A stretch of DNA of 63,578 nt, counting the filler, from Phoronis australis (Eukaryota > Animalia > Phoronida): assembly GCA_002633005.1 (NCBI GenBank). It is 6 parts of 6 records of this genome, joined end to end, with 100 filler letters (N's around TTAATTAATTAA, not from the genome) between each part and the next. Parts side by side here need not be neighbours in the genome. Positions count along the whole stretch, not along the records: positions 1 to 17,609 come from NMRA01000517.1; positions 17,710 to 27,940 come from NMRA01001368.1; 4 more parts are not named here. One strand, 5' to 3'. The first letter of the stretch is position 1. Each line of letters begins with the position of its first letter. Under the pieces are notes generated by a model. That model did no database searches and was not told the origin of the DNA. It was given only the letters and a program-made list of their open reading frames with translations. Below, one piece after another: positions 10,973-23,319 of the stretch. A program made the translations under genes and the position numbers.

Positions 10973-11536
10973 ACTTTCCTTTCAAGGGTACAATCCTCAA
11001 CAGCGGTGCGAATGTGTCTCCCACAACGACCGATTCCACGAGATCTCAGTAGACGTAGAGAGCGTAAAATCCTCGATGAACATCGACCATTTGCGTGGGG
11101 TAATAAATACCCGGATCGTCGGTATAACTCTCCCGATCGAGTCCCAACATGTCTTTTAATTTCAGACTGAACGTAATTTTAGCTCCTTTCTTGACACGCA
11201 TATGAATCTTATTAGTCACGTCGTTGCAACCCATTTTATATTTTTGATCTCTTTCTGAACCCCAGGGTTCTTTAAGCATGGCGTGAACACTCTTGACGAG
11301 TTCTTTTGGGCTGTAGTAAAATACCGGAACGAGAGTCTTGAGCGCATACCCGTCGCCCTTTCCTAGTTTCGTTCTCATCCAAACTTCGCCGTGTATGTTG
11401 TAGTACTGTACGTGAAATTGAATTTCTGCAAGCCCTACCTCCCAACGTCCGTCCAGCTCTATGTCTTAAATTGCGCGAGTGTGTCGTCGGGGAAATAGTT
11501 CATGGAGCTGTTGCTCGGAAGTGTAAGATAGAACAT
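10973..11536 (-). pseudogene. Polinton/adintovirus minor capsid (penton-like) protein, frameshifted and C-terminally truncated
   Basis: Manual translation from the ATG at 11536: MFYLTLPSNSSMNYFPDDTLAQFKT/IELDGRWEVGLAEIQF...DVHRGFYALYVY*DLVESVVVGDTFAPLLRIVP. FYLTLPSNSS, WEVGLxEI and VGDxxAPLLRIV are hallmark motifs of this Polinton protein; one frameshift/deletion and one stop. Confidence 0.85.
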
Positions 11537-11540
11537 CGAT

Positions 11541-11804
11541 TCAGCTGTCATTCTTGTTTAAAGACGGATTAGGTAAGGCGATACCGAGTTTAGCACTAAT
11601 CAGCGTCACCCAAAGAGTCTGCTTGTCGGTGCCTGTTGTCAAATTGTATAAACTCCACACTATGACGGTGAATAGAACGATCATTTGACTGAAAAAGACG
11701 ATTTCCTTCTTCGGTACTTTTCGTCCGAATAACTGCCAGTTTCTCTCTGTTATATCACCAAGTCCAAAATTCTCGTCGGGTGCGTCTGTTTGGTTGGAAC
11801 TCAT
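11541..11804 (-). CDS. Small (87 aa) predicted two-helix membrane protein of the Polinton module, function unknown
   Basis: Intact ORF MSSNQ...WQLFGRKVPKKEIVFFSQMIVLFTVIVWSLYNL...LWVTLISAKLGIALPNPSL with two hydrophobic stretches. Its ATG overlaps the upstream stop (ATGA at 11804-11801) and its stop is 4 nt before the penton ATG. Confidence 0.75.
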   Translation of the reverse strand: MSSNQTDAPDENFGLGDITERNWQLFGRKVPKKEIVFFSQMIVLFTVIVWSLYNLTTGTDKQTLWVTLISAKLGIALPNPSLNKNDS

Positions 11805-11992
11805 GCTAGTGAATGAGAGCAATGGTGTAAGTATCGATTGTTACAGGTGACAAATTGACGTTCGTTAACCCACGAATTGAAGGAGTCGGGATATCCCGCC
11901 CACTTCACGAGACATTCAGTCTGCTTTTTTCTTTGACGCGTTTTGAGGACGCTCTCTACCTTGTACACGTTTCTATAGGCTACCTTTTGCAC
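11801..11992 (-). pseudogene. C-terminal chromodomain of a Polinton retroviral-type integrase (5' part missing)
   Basis: QKVAYRNVYKVESVLKTRQRKKQTECLVKWAGYPDSFNSWV matches the chromodomain consensus (YxVExI...LVKWxGY...NSW), preceded by QKV as in Polinton integrases. Confidence 0.85.
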
Positions 11993-14334
11993 CGGATAGG
12001 GTCAATTAGTGCAAAGGTCATCTAACGTTCAAAATGTTATAACCCCTTCATTTTTCAAAGAATTCTTTTCAAGTTCATCACACTGGTGTAAGTCACCATG
12101 CCAATCGAACGTCCTATTTTACTATGCAATAGGACTAACCAATCAGAGAAATAGGTCGAAGGTCATTGAGTGCAAACTAAAATTATGAGGTAAAGACTTC
12201 AAAATTACATATCTGTTTAGTAAATGTGATTGTGAATTCTAAATTATCTGGTCATTTGGTGCACCCATGGGGTCATTAGCTGCAATTTTCTTCTGAAAGT
12301 TTGACCAATTCATCCATGTTGTATTCTAAAGTGCTTAAAGTAAAACATTTGTGATTCTTAGCATTAACCACACTTTTAATCTAGTTTAAAATTATTCCCT
12401 CATCCGAGCTCATAATGCACCGAAAGAGGTCAAGTAGTGGAAAGGTCATCAAAATATTAACATGTTATTTTTTCTGCAATTTAAAAGAATTCCTTTTCAA
12501 ATTGGTTAAGGGGTTGCTGTCAGTAACTTACCATAACAATTCGTTTAATACACACGCGCAGAGTCCATTATTGTCACAGCGTGACAATAATCTTTCTAGT
12601 TACCCTGCGGGTTCAAGCGCAGAGTTTTATTGTTCTACGTATTTTATCTTCTTATTCTCATTCTTCTTTTTCCTTCCTTTTTATTTTCTTATTACTCCTA
12701 CATTCATTCATTTAGAACAATAATATTCACTGTGATTGATACGATACTTAAGGGATTTATATACATTAGGATGACCTGAAACGGGTCAAGGAGTGCATTT
12801 TGTCAAAATGCTTCTTCTACAGTTTTTTAGATAGACTCTTCGAATTTTGTTAACAAGTAGGCACTAGAGATCTGCATCCGAAATTTACTTGGATTTCCAA
12901 TCGGATCAAGGGAACCCAGTTTCCGGGTCAAAGGTCATTAAGTGCAAAAGTGATTTTTGAGGTAAACCTTTCATAATCACGCATATGGTTACCATTCATA
13001 AAGGAAATTCCGTTATGAGCTTTGGGTTCACTAGGTGCAATTTTGGGGTCATTAAGTGCAGTTTTCAGCAAAAGTCGCCATGTTGTCGGTGCCGCCAGAA
13101 ATGAGACGAAGTCCAACGGGAATTGTGAGCATATTTATCACTTAATAAGTAACATCTGCGAGGCTGAAATTTAGTGAAAACTGTTGAATCGTGCAGAATT
13201 GTACATGTAAGTAAAGATATGTCTAACTAAATTTCACCGTTAAATGTTGGAGAAAACAATTTACACAAAGTTTTAAACTCGTATCTTATCCCGCTGTCTT
13301 ACAACATGGCCGACGCGATCCAAACAAAGTGACCCAAATTTCGCCACAAAAATTGCAATAACTTTACATTGCTTGCCCCGATTTTGATATTTTTTCTATT
13401 TTTACTGAGTAGAATGCACTACCTTTCCCGATGATAGCAAGGTACTTTTTCAAATTGAAAAAAAAAATCAAAGCGAAAAAATTGGTTCGTCTCATAGCTT
13501 CGACCGCCCTACGTAAGGAACTAAACACCAATGCTATTTTAAAATAATAAGTACGCGTAATATTCCAAAAATATTCAACGACCACTAACTACAAATTATA
13601 AATATACTACATATGCAAACGAATCACGAGATATTACTAATAAAACAAAATAACGAAGACTTTTCGAGCAAGCGATAGCAATGGCGGCGTTCAGGACAAA
13701 TTCCTGAACTGACAAGCCGGAAATGTGGGTACGGAAATAACCGATGACAGCCGGTAATTATACGCTCACAGAGAAGGGTCGAATACTGTTAAAAATCGCT
13801 TTAGGCCAGAAAGGCGAAAAGAATATAAAGAAAGGGTTCAAAAATAAGATTTTATTCAGTAAGTATTTTCGGATACTGGAACCACATGGGCATTTTGAGA
13901 CCAGGACTTTAAGGCTGTAAAAAGACTAATTAAATCGGGTGGCATTCTCATTTAATTCCTAAGCGTCACAAATAAATTTCGCCGTCTAAAGCCTAGGAAG
14001 TATTTGTGCTCATTCAGTAATCATGAACTCCATCACGAACTATTTTTAAGAAGCTGCTGTTGTTAACACTCATTCAAGTACCGTTCCCCAGTCTTGGTGG
14101 TATAAACCATTGACAAAAAAAACCTGAAAAGCGGGCTGTTGGACGGCCACGGAAAGATCAGCCCGAGGTAGAAGTTATCTGTGAAGACCATGTCTCCTGA
14201 GTTAGAGCAACACATTGGTGACGAACGCCCGGACGAGAAGGCCCGAGGCCATTACAAACAAATATAGATACACCGCCTCGGAGAAGGAGACGTGGACGAA
14301 AACCAAAGGGAAAAACAAAGCCTGGCACCAAGTA

Positions 14335-15760
14335 GGGGAAAGTTACCGGTTCCGTACCAGTTATCATTATCGTACCACGTATTTTCCCGCCAAACTACGT
14401 ATGCTTGCCAGCATAGATTAATAGTCTATGTTGCCAGCGACCTCAGACGGCGACAACAGAAAACCAAGCAAAATGTCGAGCAGACAACCCGGTGAAAAAC
14501 GGTGAGCATTTTCCACTTTTTTGACATGTTGATGTAAATTTTAGCTCCCATGAATAGTGTGATAAGACAACAACAACAAGTATAGCAAATGAGTGAACCG
14601 ATGTGCCATCTGATAGCTCATTCTCATCTCTTTGTATGGTGTAATTTCTGGTTGCCAAATCGCGTGCCAAATATTTTCAGCCCACTTGTTTGAAAATAGG
14701 TCAGTGTCACGAGTGTCGTACCACTACAGGTCACGGGTATATGGTACCCGGGGTACGATACATGTAACCAGGAGGTACGATACGCAAAACGTGATACGAC
14801 TAGGTAATGTGTTGTTTTTCTTGCTTTTTAGTACTATTTTTTTACTTTCAGGAAAATGCCATCGCCCTCGTCATGGACATCGGAGGATATGCAGAACTGT
14901 CTCAAAGCTATGGATGAAGGATTGGGATTTAACGCTGCTTCTAAGCTATTTGGTATCCCAAAGCCAACTATTCGCCGTCACCGCATGGGTTTGAATAAGT
15001 ACGCAAAACATATCAAGTTACGCGGAGGCCCAAAAGTTTTGCCTACAGAAATTGAACCTGATTTGGTAGAACACATAAAAGGTCTTGACGATCTTTTTTT
15101 AGTATCACACCAAAAGATCTTATGAAACTTGCATATCAATTGGCAAAATTCCATGACATCCATAAATTTAGCGAAACAAAACAGTCTGCCAATAAAACCT
15201 GGTACTACAGCTTTATGAGACAACATCTAGAACTCAGTCTGCGCACCCCAGAAGCTACATTTACTGGTCGCATGAAAGGTTTCAACCGCCGAGCTGTTTC
15301 AGATTTCTTCGATAAATATTACGAGCTAATTGAATTACACGGATTTACTGCTGACACAGTGTTTAATATGGATGAAACTGGACATGCTACGTGCAAAGGC
15401 CATCGAAAGTTATCTCAACGAAAGGGAAACGTCAAGTTGGAGCAGCAACAACCACTGAACGAGGAACAAATACTACTGGTGCCCACTGTCATTCTGCCAT
15501 TGGCCAATACATACCCCCCATGCTCATCTTCAGGAGGAAAAGACTGTGTGATGCCTTGAAAGTTGATGCACCCAATTTTTCCCTGCACTAATTCAGGATG
15601 GATTGACTCTATAGTTTTCATGGGCTTCGTCTTTTTATCCGATCAGTGAATGCGTCAGTTGAAAATAAAGTCCTTATTCAACTCGACGGACATGCATCCC
15701 ACACAAAAAACCTTGACGCCATTGTGAAGCTATCGTAGGAAAATGATGACATTTTCTTAT
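14335..15760 (+). mobile_element. pogo/Tigger-like DNA transposon, left end plus truncated transposase
   Basis: TA|GGGGAAAGTTACCGGTTCCGTACC putative left terminus at 14335; TATCGTACC/GGTACGATA subterminal motifs; transposase follows; no right TIR found. Confidence 0.7.
14856..15755 (+). pseudogene. DDE_1 (pogo/CENP-B-like) transposase with N-terminal psq-type and CENPB-type HTH, frameshifted and truncated
   Basis: WTSEDMQNCL..AASKLFGIPKPTIRR (HTH), WYYSFMRQHLELSLRTPE, VFNMDETG (first D), KGKRQVG..ERG, GQYIPPMLIF, SGWI, LDGHASH (second D). Third catalytic residue absent. Confidence 0.92.
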
Positions 15761-15775
15761 AATACGACTGAAAAC

Positions 15776-16047
15776 TGAGCCCTGGGTTCAATGAAAATAA
15801 GTAGGGACTTACATGTAGTCCCAAAGTTAGGAGCGTTGCATGAAAAGATCCCTATGCATTTTCGATAATATTGAGAATTCAACATCGAGTTCACTCCCCA
15901 TTTGTATCAAAACCAAAAGTTGACTTTGTAATGAAACTAAAACACCATAAGAAAAGACAATCGGTGTTTTCATAAGTCCACAAATAAGCAGTAGATTTAG
16001 GGAACTAAGTTGAGTCTCTATTTGGGACTGTTTCATGCAACAGGGCC
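15776..16047. mobile_element. Short MITE with imperfect TIRs and CWG-type flanks (Harbinger-like)
   Basis: Left CTG|AGCCCTGGGTTCAATGAAA; right TTTCATGCAACAGGGCC|CAG; internal AGTCCCAAA/TTTGGGACT inversion. Confidence 0.45.
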
Positions 16048-17609
16048 CAGGAGTTCAAATTCAGTTCCCGTGGATCACTGAGATTTTGCGCACCGGGCCT
16101 ACTGCAGGGTTACATCTTATTTATAATGTGGTGACGTCAGTCATGACGTGCAAGCAAATCAAGACAAGCAATCAATTCATTTTTGAAGAACAAAAATTAC
16201 CCAATACTACTGAAAACTAAAAACACAGGGAAGTGCAAAGATAAGCTTTCCAAGCCATGAGTTTAATTTTATTTATTTGGGGATTTTTAAAACGTTTTTT
16301 CTATTTACGATTTGTGATTACGAATTTCATCAATGTCTTTGAGAGTTATTTTATATATGCAAAAATTGCCTGTAGTTGTACTTTACTATTTGGGGATCGG
16401 ATTAAGTTTTTCCCGATTCAGGCTTTAATTACGTTCACTGAAAAATCATCAATTCTTACAAGATTAGCTTAAAATTGTGAAAAATCATCTGTGAATCTAT
16501 CGATTATAGTAGATACATACACAACTAAATCAGACTCCAACAAATTTGTTGATCAAAACCGAATGTTATAAGCAATTTCCGCACTCGTGCTTGCAGACTT
16601 TTGACGGGTAACCGGGGGAATATTGCAGACGGGGCATTCGTATTAAATTATATTTTTGCTCATTTCAGACGTACCTATAACGGTTCACGAGGTAAATATG
16701 AACTCCACTGACAAAAAACGCTGAAATCTCTGTTTAAGTGATTGCGAGAGTTCTTTGAGTGCACCCTTTTCGATATGTAGGATACGGTCACCACAAATAG
16801 TAATCTAGACAGAAGTGTTTTCCACATGTGGGAATTCCTTACAAATAACTCATAAAAGATAATATTCTTGTGATACTACGGGGAACTGTAACATTATTTT
16901 ATAATTAACCATCGGAAATAGTCCATTTGTGTAGTTAACAAACAGTTGAATAGCTGTGCACTAATGTTTTGTGTTTTTTTTTGATGAATTTGGAATATCA
17001 ACTTTCATCGTGAACACTTGGCAGTGTCGGATTTATATGTATAGATGGACAAAGATACATTTCCCCGAACTGCTACACCGAGAGGCTACCGTCTGAAATG
17101 GGACATCGTAAGATGAAAGGCTAAACATCTTTATACTTGGAAAAAAGTGTGACAGTGCATTCCACCGTCGTATGTAGGGAGTGACCTCGTTCAACATGAA
17201 AGTCGGTTGAACTGGAAAATAGAGGTAATGGATTCCAACATTGGGCGCTTTCTCCATGAGCGGCACCTTAAGAATTTATCAGTAATAATACAAAAAGGTG
17301 ACCAGTTGAAAGTCATCAATGGCCTCCTTCAAGGACAGGTCCCCTAAATATGAAAATATCTATATTTTCAAATATCAGAAAATCGTGCGCAGCAATTGAT
17401 GTTATCTGTCAGGTCATCAACTTTTCTCAAGTATTATACAGTTTCGAGAGAAAAGTAAAGCGAAAGCTGTCTCCTTTATCCCTTGCCAGAGAAGGGCATC
17501 TAGAAAAATATAGTTTTGCATTTGCAAAATTGACTTACTAAATTTAAAAATCCAGTTAATTAGTATGCTCCGCAAAAGCTTCTCTTTACAAATTTTCTCG
17601 ATTTTTCGA

Positions 17610-17709
17610 NNNNNNNNNNNNNNNNNNNNNNNNNNNNNNNNNNNNNNNNNNNNTTAATTAATTAANNNNNNNNNNNNNNNNNNNNNNNNNNNNNNNNNNN
17701 NNNNNNNNN
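17610..17709. other. Assembly linker N44-TTAATTAATTAA-N44
   Basis: The same artificial 100-nt spacer with all-frame stops recurs five times. Confidence 0.99.
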
Positions 17710-20700
17710 AAAAACTTGCTGTCAAAGCAACATACTTGGCGGAAGAATTCCGCCAAGTAACAAACTGCACATGTGTTCAATTCATCACCCCCTCACTCCT
17801 GTCCCATAATGCACCATTGAGTGACAGTTACAAGAATATGTTTACAGATGGCTGGCCATTAAAGAACACTTAAGATAAGACGGTAGTGACAGCTGGTGGC
17901 GGGTGTGGCAGTTAATTAGTATTCATTACATACATGTCAGATGTGACTGTGGACAGCCATAGGTTATCTTAAGTATTACAATAGAACTATTAATGATCAA
18001 CTGGTTGTACAAAGAAAAAACACAAGCAACTTCAATCTATCAAGAGTGTTTTTAAATATGTTTTCAGTAATGATGAGTAGACGCTGTATTTTTGTGTCAT
18101 GAGACGTAATTCATGTCACACAGACATATTGAATGTGTGTTCTTTAATGTACACGATTTTGATAAGTTGCAAGAGATAAAACTAAAGAAAGAAAGCCATC
18201 AGGAGATTGCATTGATTCAAGGTCTTTCGTATTCACCTCGTTTCCCAATATGCATTGTGTTGTTTTGTGATTTTTCACAATCCAAAAATTGAAATGGGCT
18301 CGGGTCCAACAATTTAGAGATATGATGTACTCAAGTTTGAAAGTGTATAGTCAACACTGGTGCATAGAAAAGAATTTATGTAATATTGCCTGCTCCCAGT
18401 CTCACTTCACAGTATCTTGTACATTGTCAATAGATATGACGGTTTTTAGTACATTGTCATCTGCCCAACGTGGCTGGTAACCGTTGGTTACCTTGGGAAG
18501 TTCATGTTATAGTTCCCATCTGCCATTTTTGATGGCAAAGACTGTCAAAACCTGCAAGGCATGTGACCAAAGATCATATTACGCCCCCTTGCAGTAACTT
18601 TGCTGAACTTTAACTCTGAAGCTGATGGGAACAACGAAGCTTAACTTCGCAGTTAACGTCGCAGCTTATGTAGCAACCAAGTTAACTGTATGGGAAGGGC
18701 CTTAAAACTAGTGAATTTTTAAACTATTTCGCTTCTGAAATTGAAATTTCTCTTACAGTTACATTAGAATCATTTTTAGCCAAAAATACAACATAAATTA
18801 GCCAAAATGGATGCATTATGTTTTGGTTCTCTCTGGTAGCGGATGCTGAATGGTGGATAAATTGGCCTGCCAGTTGTCATGTTGTTCAAAAGATCAGCAG
18901 AACACTCACAATGGACTAAATTGATATCTGGACAAGCCTTGAAAATAGAAACTGCTGTGTGGTCTAGTTTTTTGTAATGCTATCTGTAATTTTACTGTCC
19001 ATAACCACTTTGTATTATAACTTAATGAAAATATTTCCAAGGAGTGTGTGCATGAGTTGGTAATGGGTGAAATCATTGAAGTGGGCAGTGTTTGCATGAG
19101 AGTGAACAAGAGGGTGGGTTGGCCAACTGAAAAGAGAATGAGCCTCTAATACTATAACACAAAGACTGTGGTACTTCCCAGGCCTGTGATGAGTCATTTG
19201 ATAAGTGGACTAAAAGCATGTCAAAACAATGGAGCAGTGGACTCCAGAGATAAACCAGGCAAACTTTGTATTGTCTTGGTCAAAACTGTGGAGGGGATCA
19301 AACTACATTAGCAGTAATTACACCATTTAGTGACTGTGCCTAGTGGCACAAATCTATAGTTACTGCTTGTCTAGAATATTGAATAAGTGCACAAGGGTTC
19401 TGGCAAATAGAGTGAACAACAATGTTTCCTACCTAATCTAATGTTCTAAAGCCACAGATTCTTCAGTAAGGGAGAAGATGGAAAAAATAACATAATGTCG
19501 GAGAAGACAACTTTGTAAATGTTTGTTCATGTTACAAATAGGTTTTGTACTGTGTAGATGTCATAAACTATTGTACTTTTGGTGATTTTCCATTATGTGA
19601 AGTAAAGTAATCAGCCTCTGAGAAACATAAAATTGACAATTTTGTAAAATTATGGCCGTGTAAAATAAGCGGAGAATTGTCATACAACATGATGATCAAC
19701 TTGCCTTTGAAGAAAATCAAATCTGCCACTCAGTTGTCACAGTTTGGGCCAAAATAATGATTTATTTAAAAGTAATTGGTCGTGTAACCAGTAGTTACCC
19801 ATCTGTTTAACTGAGAAATAGCCATGTGATTAAACCAAGCTGGCCCAATTAAGCAGAAGTAAAGTACGATTACAGAGATTTGGTGAGTAGTCATCCATCT
19901 GTTATTGATGTCATTAAAGTCTTGGACAATAATTAGTGGGCCATATTAACAGGATCAAAGGCTTGCTCAAGGTCTAACAACAGACAAATGAAAGAACAGT
20001 GTGCAAACATTACAACAGGGTTGATAATGACGTTAATGGAAAAGGAAATATTTACATAGAATGCTAAAACAAACATGGCCAGCACATTTTAGGATTAAAA
20101 AATATATTTACTTTTTTCATTAAACGAGGTCATATTACAATTTAACATCTTTCAAAATACAATGAAACAACAGAACTTATGATAACACAGTTTTACATGA
20201 CTACAGAACTGCTCTTCATGACAAAGAGGATACTTCAAATGTATGATCCTAAACAAGCCATGAACATGTGAACAGGCCAAAATTCTAAGACCTTCCAAAT
20301 TAGTGCAAATTGATACGTTGTTCTTTCTACTGATGTTCGCCTCTCTGTTGCCTTCACACTTTTAATCAAAAATGAAACATTAATAGTTAGAACATGCTCC
20401 TTTCAGATCTTAAAAGTATTCACCTCCTTTGAGGTCAATACGTATTGTTCATGTCACAGCTTATTTATGTGAAATGACTTCAGTCTCAAGATGTTATTGT
20501 ACCTGATGATGTCTTAGGCAGCTTTTTGTCAATTTTGCTGTATTGGTCTCACCTGTGCAATACACTTTCACAAAAAATGTGAAGCATAAAATTCACCCTC
20601 AAGAAAACTTATTGTAATAATTGTTAGGGTTACAGTCAGCTTGCAGTTTGTTTAGAAAGCTTGTACCTTAGCACCATGAGTGGCTGACAGATTATATGCA

Positions 20701-20962
20701 CAGAGAATGTCATACTAATTACTTGGGAAATTAAACTAGTGTTCATCAGACACTCCTGCTGGGCCTGGAGGCCACACTCGATGGTGGACAGCTTGCCGCC
20801 AATACACCAGACAGTAATTGTTGAGCAGTACTAGAAAAACATTTCATCAAAAAGGTATGTAAGCACCAAATTTAATTCTAAGCAGTTGAGGCTAGGTAAG
20901 CACCAATAAATGGAAGCAAAAAATGAAAGTGATCTGAGGAACAACTTTTGTCAAAATTGAAT

Positions 20963-21321
20963 GAACTGAGGTCACGATGAAAAATTGAGATCACGATGAA
21001 AAAACTGAGGTCACGATGAAAGAACTGAGGCCACGATGAAAGAACTGAGGCCACGATGAAAGAACTGAGGCCACGATGAAAGAACTGAGGCCACGATGAA
21101 AGAACTGAGGCCACGATGAAAGAACTGAGGCCACGATGAAAGAACTGAGGCCACGATGAAAGAACTGAGGCCACGATGAAAGAACTGAGGCCACGATGAA
21201 AGAACTGAGGCCACGATGAAAGAACTGAGGCCACGATGAAAGAACTGAGGCCACGATGAAAGAACTGAGGCCACGATGAAAGAACTGAGGCCACGATGAA
21301 AGAACTGAGGCCACGATGAAA
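20963..21321. repeat. 20-bp minisatellite (AGAACTGAGGCCACGATGAA), 15 perfect and ~3 diverged copies
   Basis: Perfect units at 21021-21320; explains the three repetitive minus-strand ORFs. Confidence 0.97.
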
Positions 21322-21338
21322 GCAAAAATCAAATGAAT

Positions 21339-21522
21339 ATGACGCCAACACCTATGACGCCAACAGCAACCAAGACACAGTTGATAACAATGCCAACACC
21401 CATGATGCCAAGAACAACCAAGACACAGTTGATAACAATGCCAACACCCATGAGGCCAAGAACAACCAAGACACAGTTGATAACAATGCCAACACCCATG
21501 ATGCCAAGAACAACTAAGACAT
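21339..21522. repeat. 48-bp tandem repeat (~3.5 copies) built on ATG(A/C)NGCCAACA subunits
   Basis: CCAAGACACAG recurs at 21370, 21418 and 21466. Confidence 0.92.
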
Positions 21523-21593
21523 ACACTTAATAAAAATGGGATAACACATTCGTATCGCATTCGAGATACATCCATATACTAAATTTTAGAAAG

Positions 21594-21684
21594 GTCCATC
21601 TAGGAACACCAAAGATACAACATGTCCATCTAGGAACACCAAAGATACAACATGTCCATCTAGGAACACCAAAGATACAACATG
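21594..21684. repeat. 30-bp tandem repeat x3 (GTCCATCTAGGAACACCAAAGATACAACAT)
   Basis: Three perfect copies seen directly. Confidence 0.95.
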
Positions 21685-22227
21685 ATAAATCAATGAATGA
21701 AAAGGAAGTCATCAGAAAACCTCAAGTAACTAGAGAGTGGTAAGTGTGGCAGGAAACAACTGCACACTACTTTTTAAGATACCTATTGCCCAGATATATA
21801 TAAATTATTACATGGCGAAGTCGTAGTCCCCCGTTATCTAGAGCCAGAGTGGATTTTGGAGAATTATCGCCTGAGGGACGTTGGCCCCGAGTGAGATAAT
21901 TCTCCAAAATCCACGAGGGCTCTAGATAACGGGGGATAACGACTGAGAACATGTAATAATCTATTTATACCACATACTGAACGAGAAACATTGCAATGAA
22001 TGGATCTACCTTTCTCGACTCGCCTCGGCTTTGTAACTACTTTCTATGTCAGAGGCCCGGGGTCGGAGGTCGTGACCTTTTAAGAAAAGCCGAGCTATTT
22101 TTGTCAAATAATGTTTATACACAAAACCAATTGAAAATTTAAACAAAATAGAAATAAAGTGAATCTACAAATTAAGGTTTAGCAACTATTATAGCTTCCC
22201 TTATGAAAAAGCTTCAGGAAATTCTAA

Positions 22228-23319
22228 TCCCGAAAGCCAGTGAGAATCTCACTGGATTCCAGTTAGATTCCAGTGAGAATCTAACTAATTAAGATGCCAT
22301 TTAAATTAGTGAGAAAAAAATTCTCACTCTAGTGAGAATACAGTGATATTCCAGTTAGAATTCAGTGAGAATCTAACTAATTTGCATAGCATTCCCACTC
22401 AGTGAGAATTTGTCTTACTGAAATTCTCACTCAATAGGAATGCTATGCAAATTAGTGAGAATTTGTGTTAATGAAATTCTCACTGAAAATCTCACTGGGT
22501 GAGAATTTTGAACTTAGAAAATTTTGTGTGCCTTTTCAGCCACTGACTGAATAGAATCGAGATCAAACCTTTTTGGTAACCAAAACACTGCTTATTTTTG
22601 TGAGTTTATCTTGAACTTTGACTAAGGATACAATTTAATAATTGCTAATTGTGAAATATAGCAGACATAAAATAATAACTATAATGCCTTTGGTGAATCA
22701 GCAAAATACTGAAAACTCAGCTGTCAACATGCACAGAATGAAGACATCAGCCTAATACTGGTGCTTCATGCACTCTACTACATGTATGAAATGTACTAAC
22801 CTTAAGCTTATTAACACGCAAAATCAGTCCAGGATCACCTGTGGTTGACTTGCAGACAAACTGTTCAGTAATTTCAGAATATTTGTGAGAAAAACATCAA
22901 CAATCTTCAAGCTATTTCTCCAACTGCTCATTCCTGACGCCATTTTAGTTTGAATTCAGAAATCTGGTTCAACTGAAATTTCTACAGTTACAGCCAATCA
23001 GGGTGTTTGTTTATCTTAGATTCTCACTGAATTCTCACTCCAATTTTGGCAAGTCCAAATTCTCACTCAATTCTCACTCAGATTTTTCCTAAGTCTGAAA
23101 TTCTCACTGATTCTCACTCAGAATTTTTCTAAGACCAAAATTCTCACTGGATTCTCACTGTTACATAACATTTTCTCACTCATTCTCACTGACTGCCCCT
23201 GTTGTTCAATTCCCACTGGGTTCTCACTGGCATTTCTAACTATAATTGGTGATTTAGTGAGAATCTAACTGGAATCTAACTGGAATCCAGTGAGATTCTC
23301 ACTCTGTTTTTCGTATGGG
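22228..23319. mobile_element. Foldback element rich in AGTGAGAAT/ATTCTCACT modules, nested in the previous element
   Basis: Left AGTGAGAATCTCACTGGATTCCAGTTAGATTCCAG is inverted at the right end (CTGGAATCTAACTGGAATCCAGTGAGATTCTCACT); right terminus TTTTCGTATGGG. Confidence 0.8.

Larger units (their letters stand above)
8620..11992 (-). mobile_element. Endogenous Polinton/Maverick (adintovirus-like) fragment, internally deleted, no termini visible
   Basis: Four co-oriented, tightly packed Polinton-type genes: integrase chromodomain, small TM protein, minor capsid, pPolB. Confidence 0.9.

Noticed and set aside
17654-17665. Recurrent palindrome TTAATTAATTAA (also ~27985, ~30664, ~53401, ~61117)
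   Set aside because: Always centred in 44+44 Ns; an artificial contig linker, not biology.
20500-20835. Short AG/GT-bounded candidate exons on the minus strand
   Set aside because: No coherent reading frame or recognisable homology; splice-like dinucleotides are common by chance.
20878-21712. Long repetitive ORFs (157, 194 and 104 aa; mucin-like or hydrophobic)
   Set aside because: By-products of stop-free tandem repeats, open in several frames, with no supporting gene structure.
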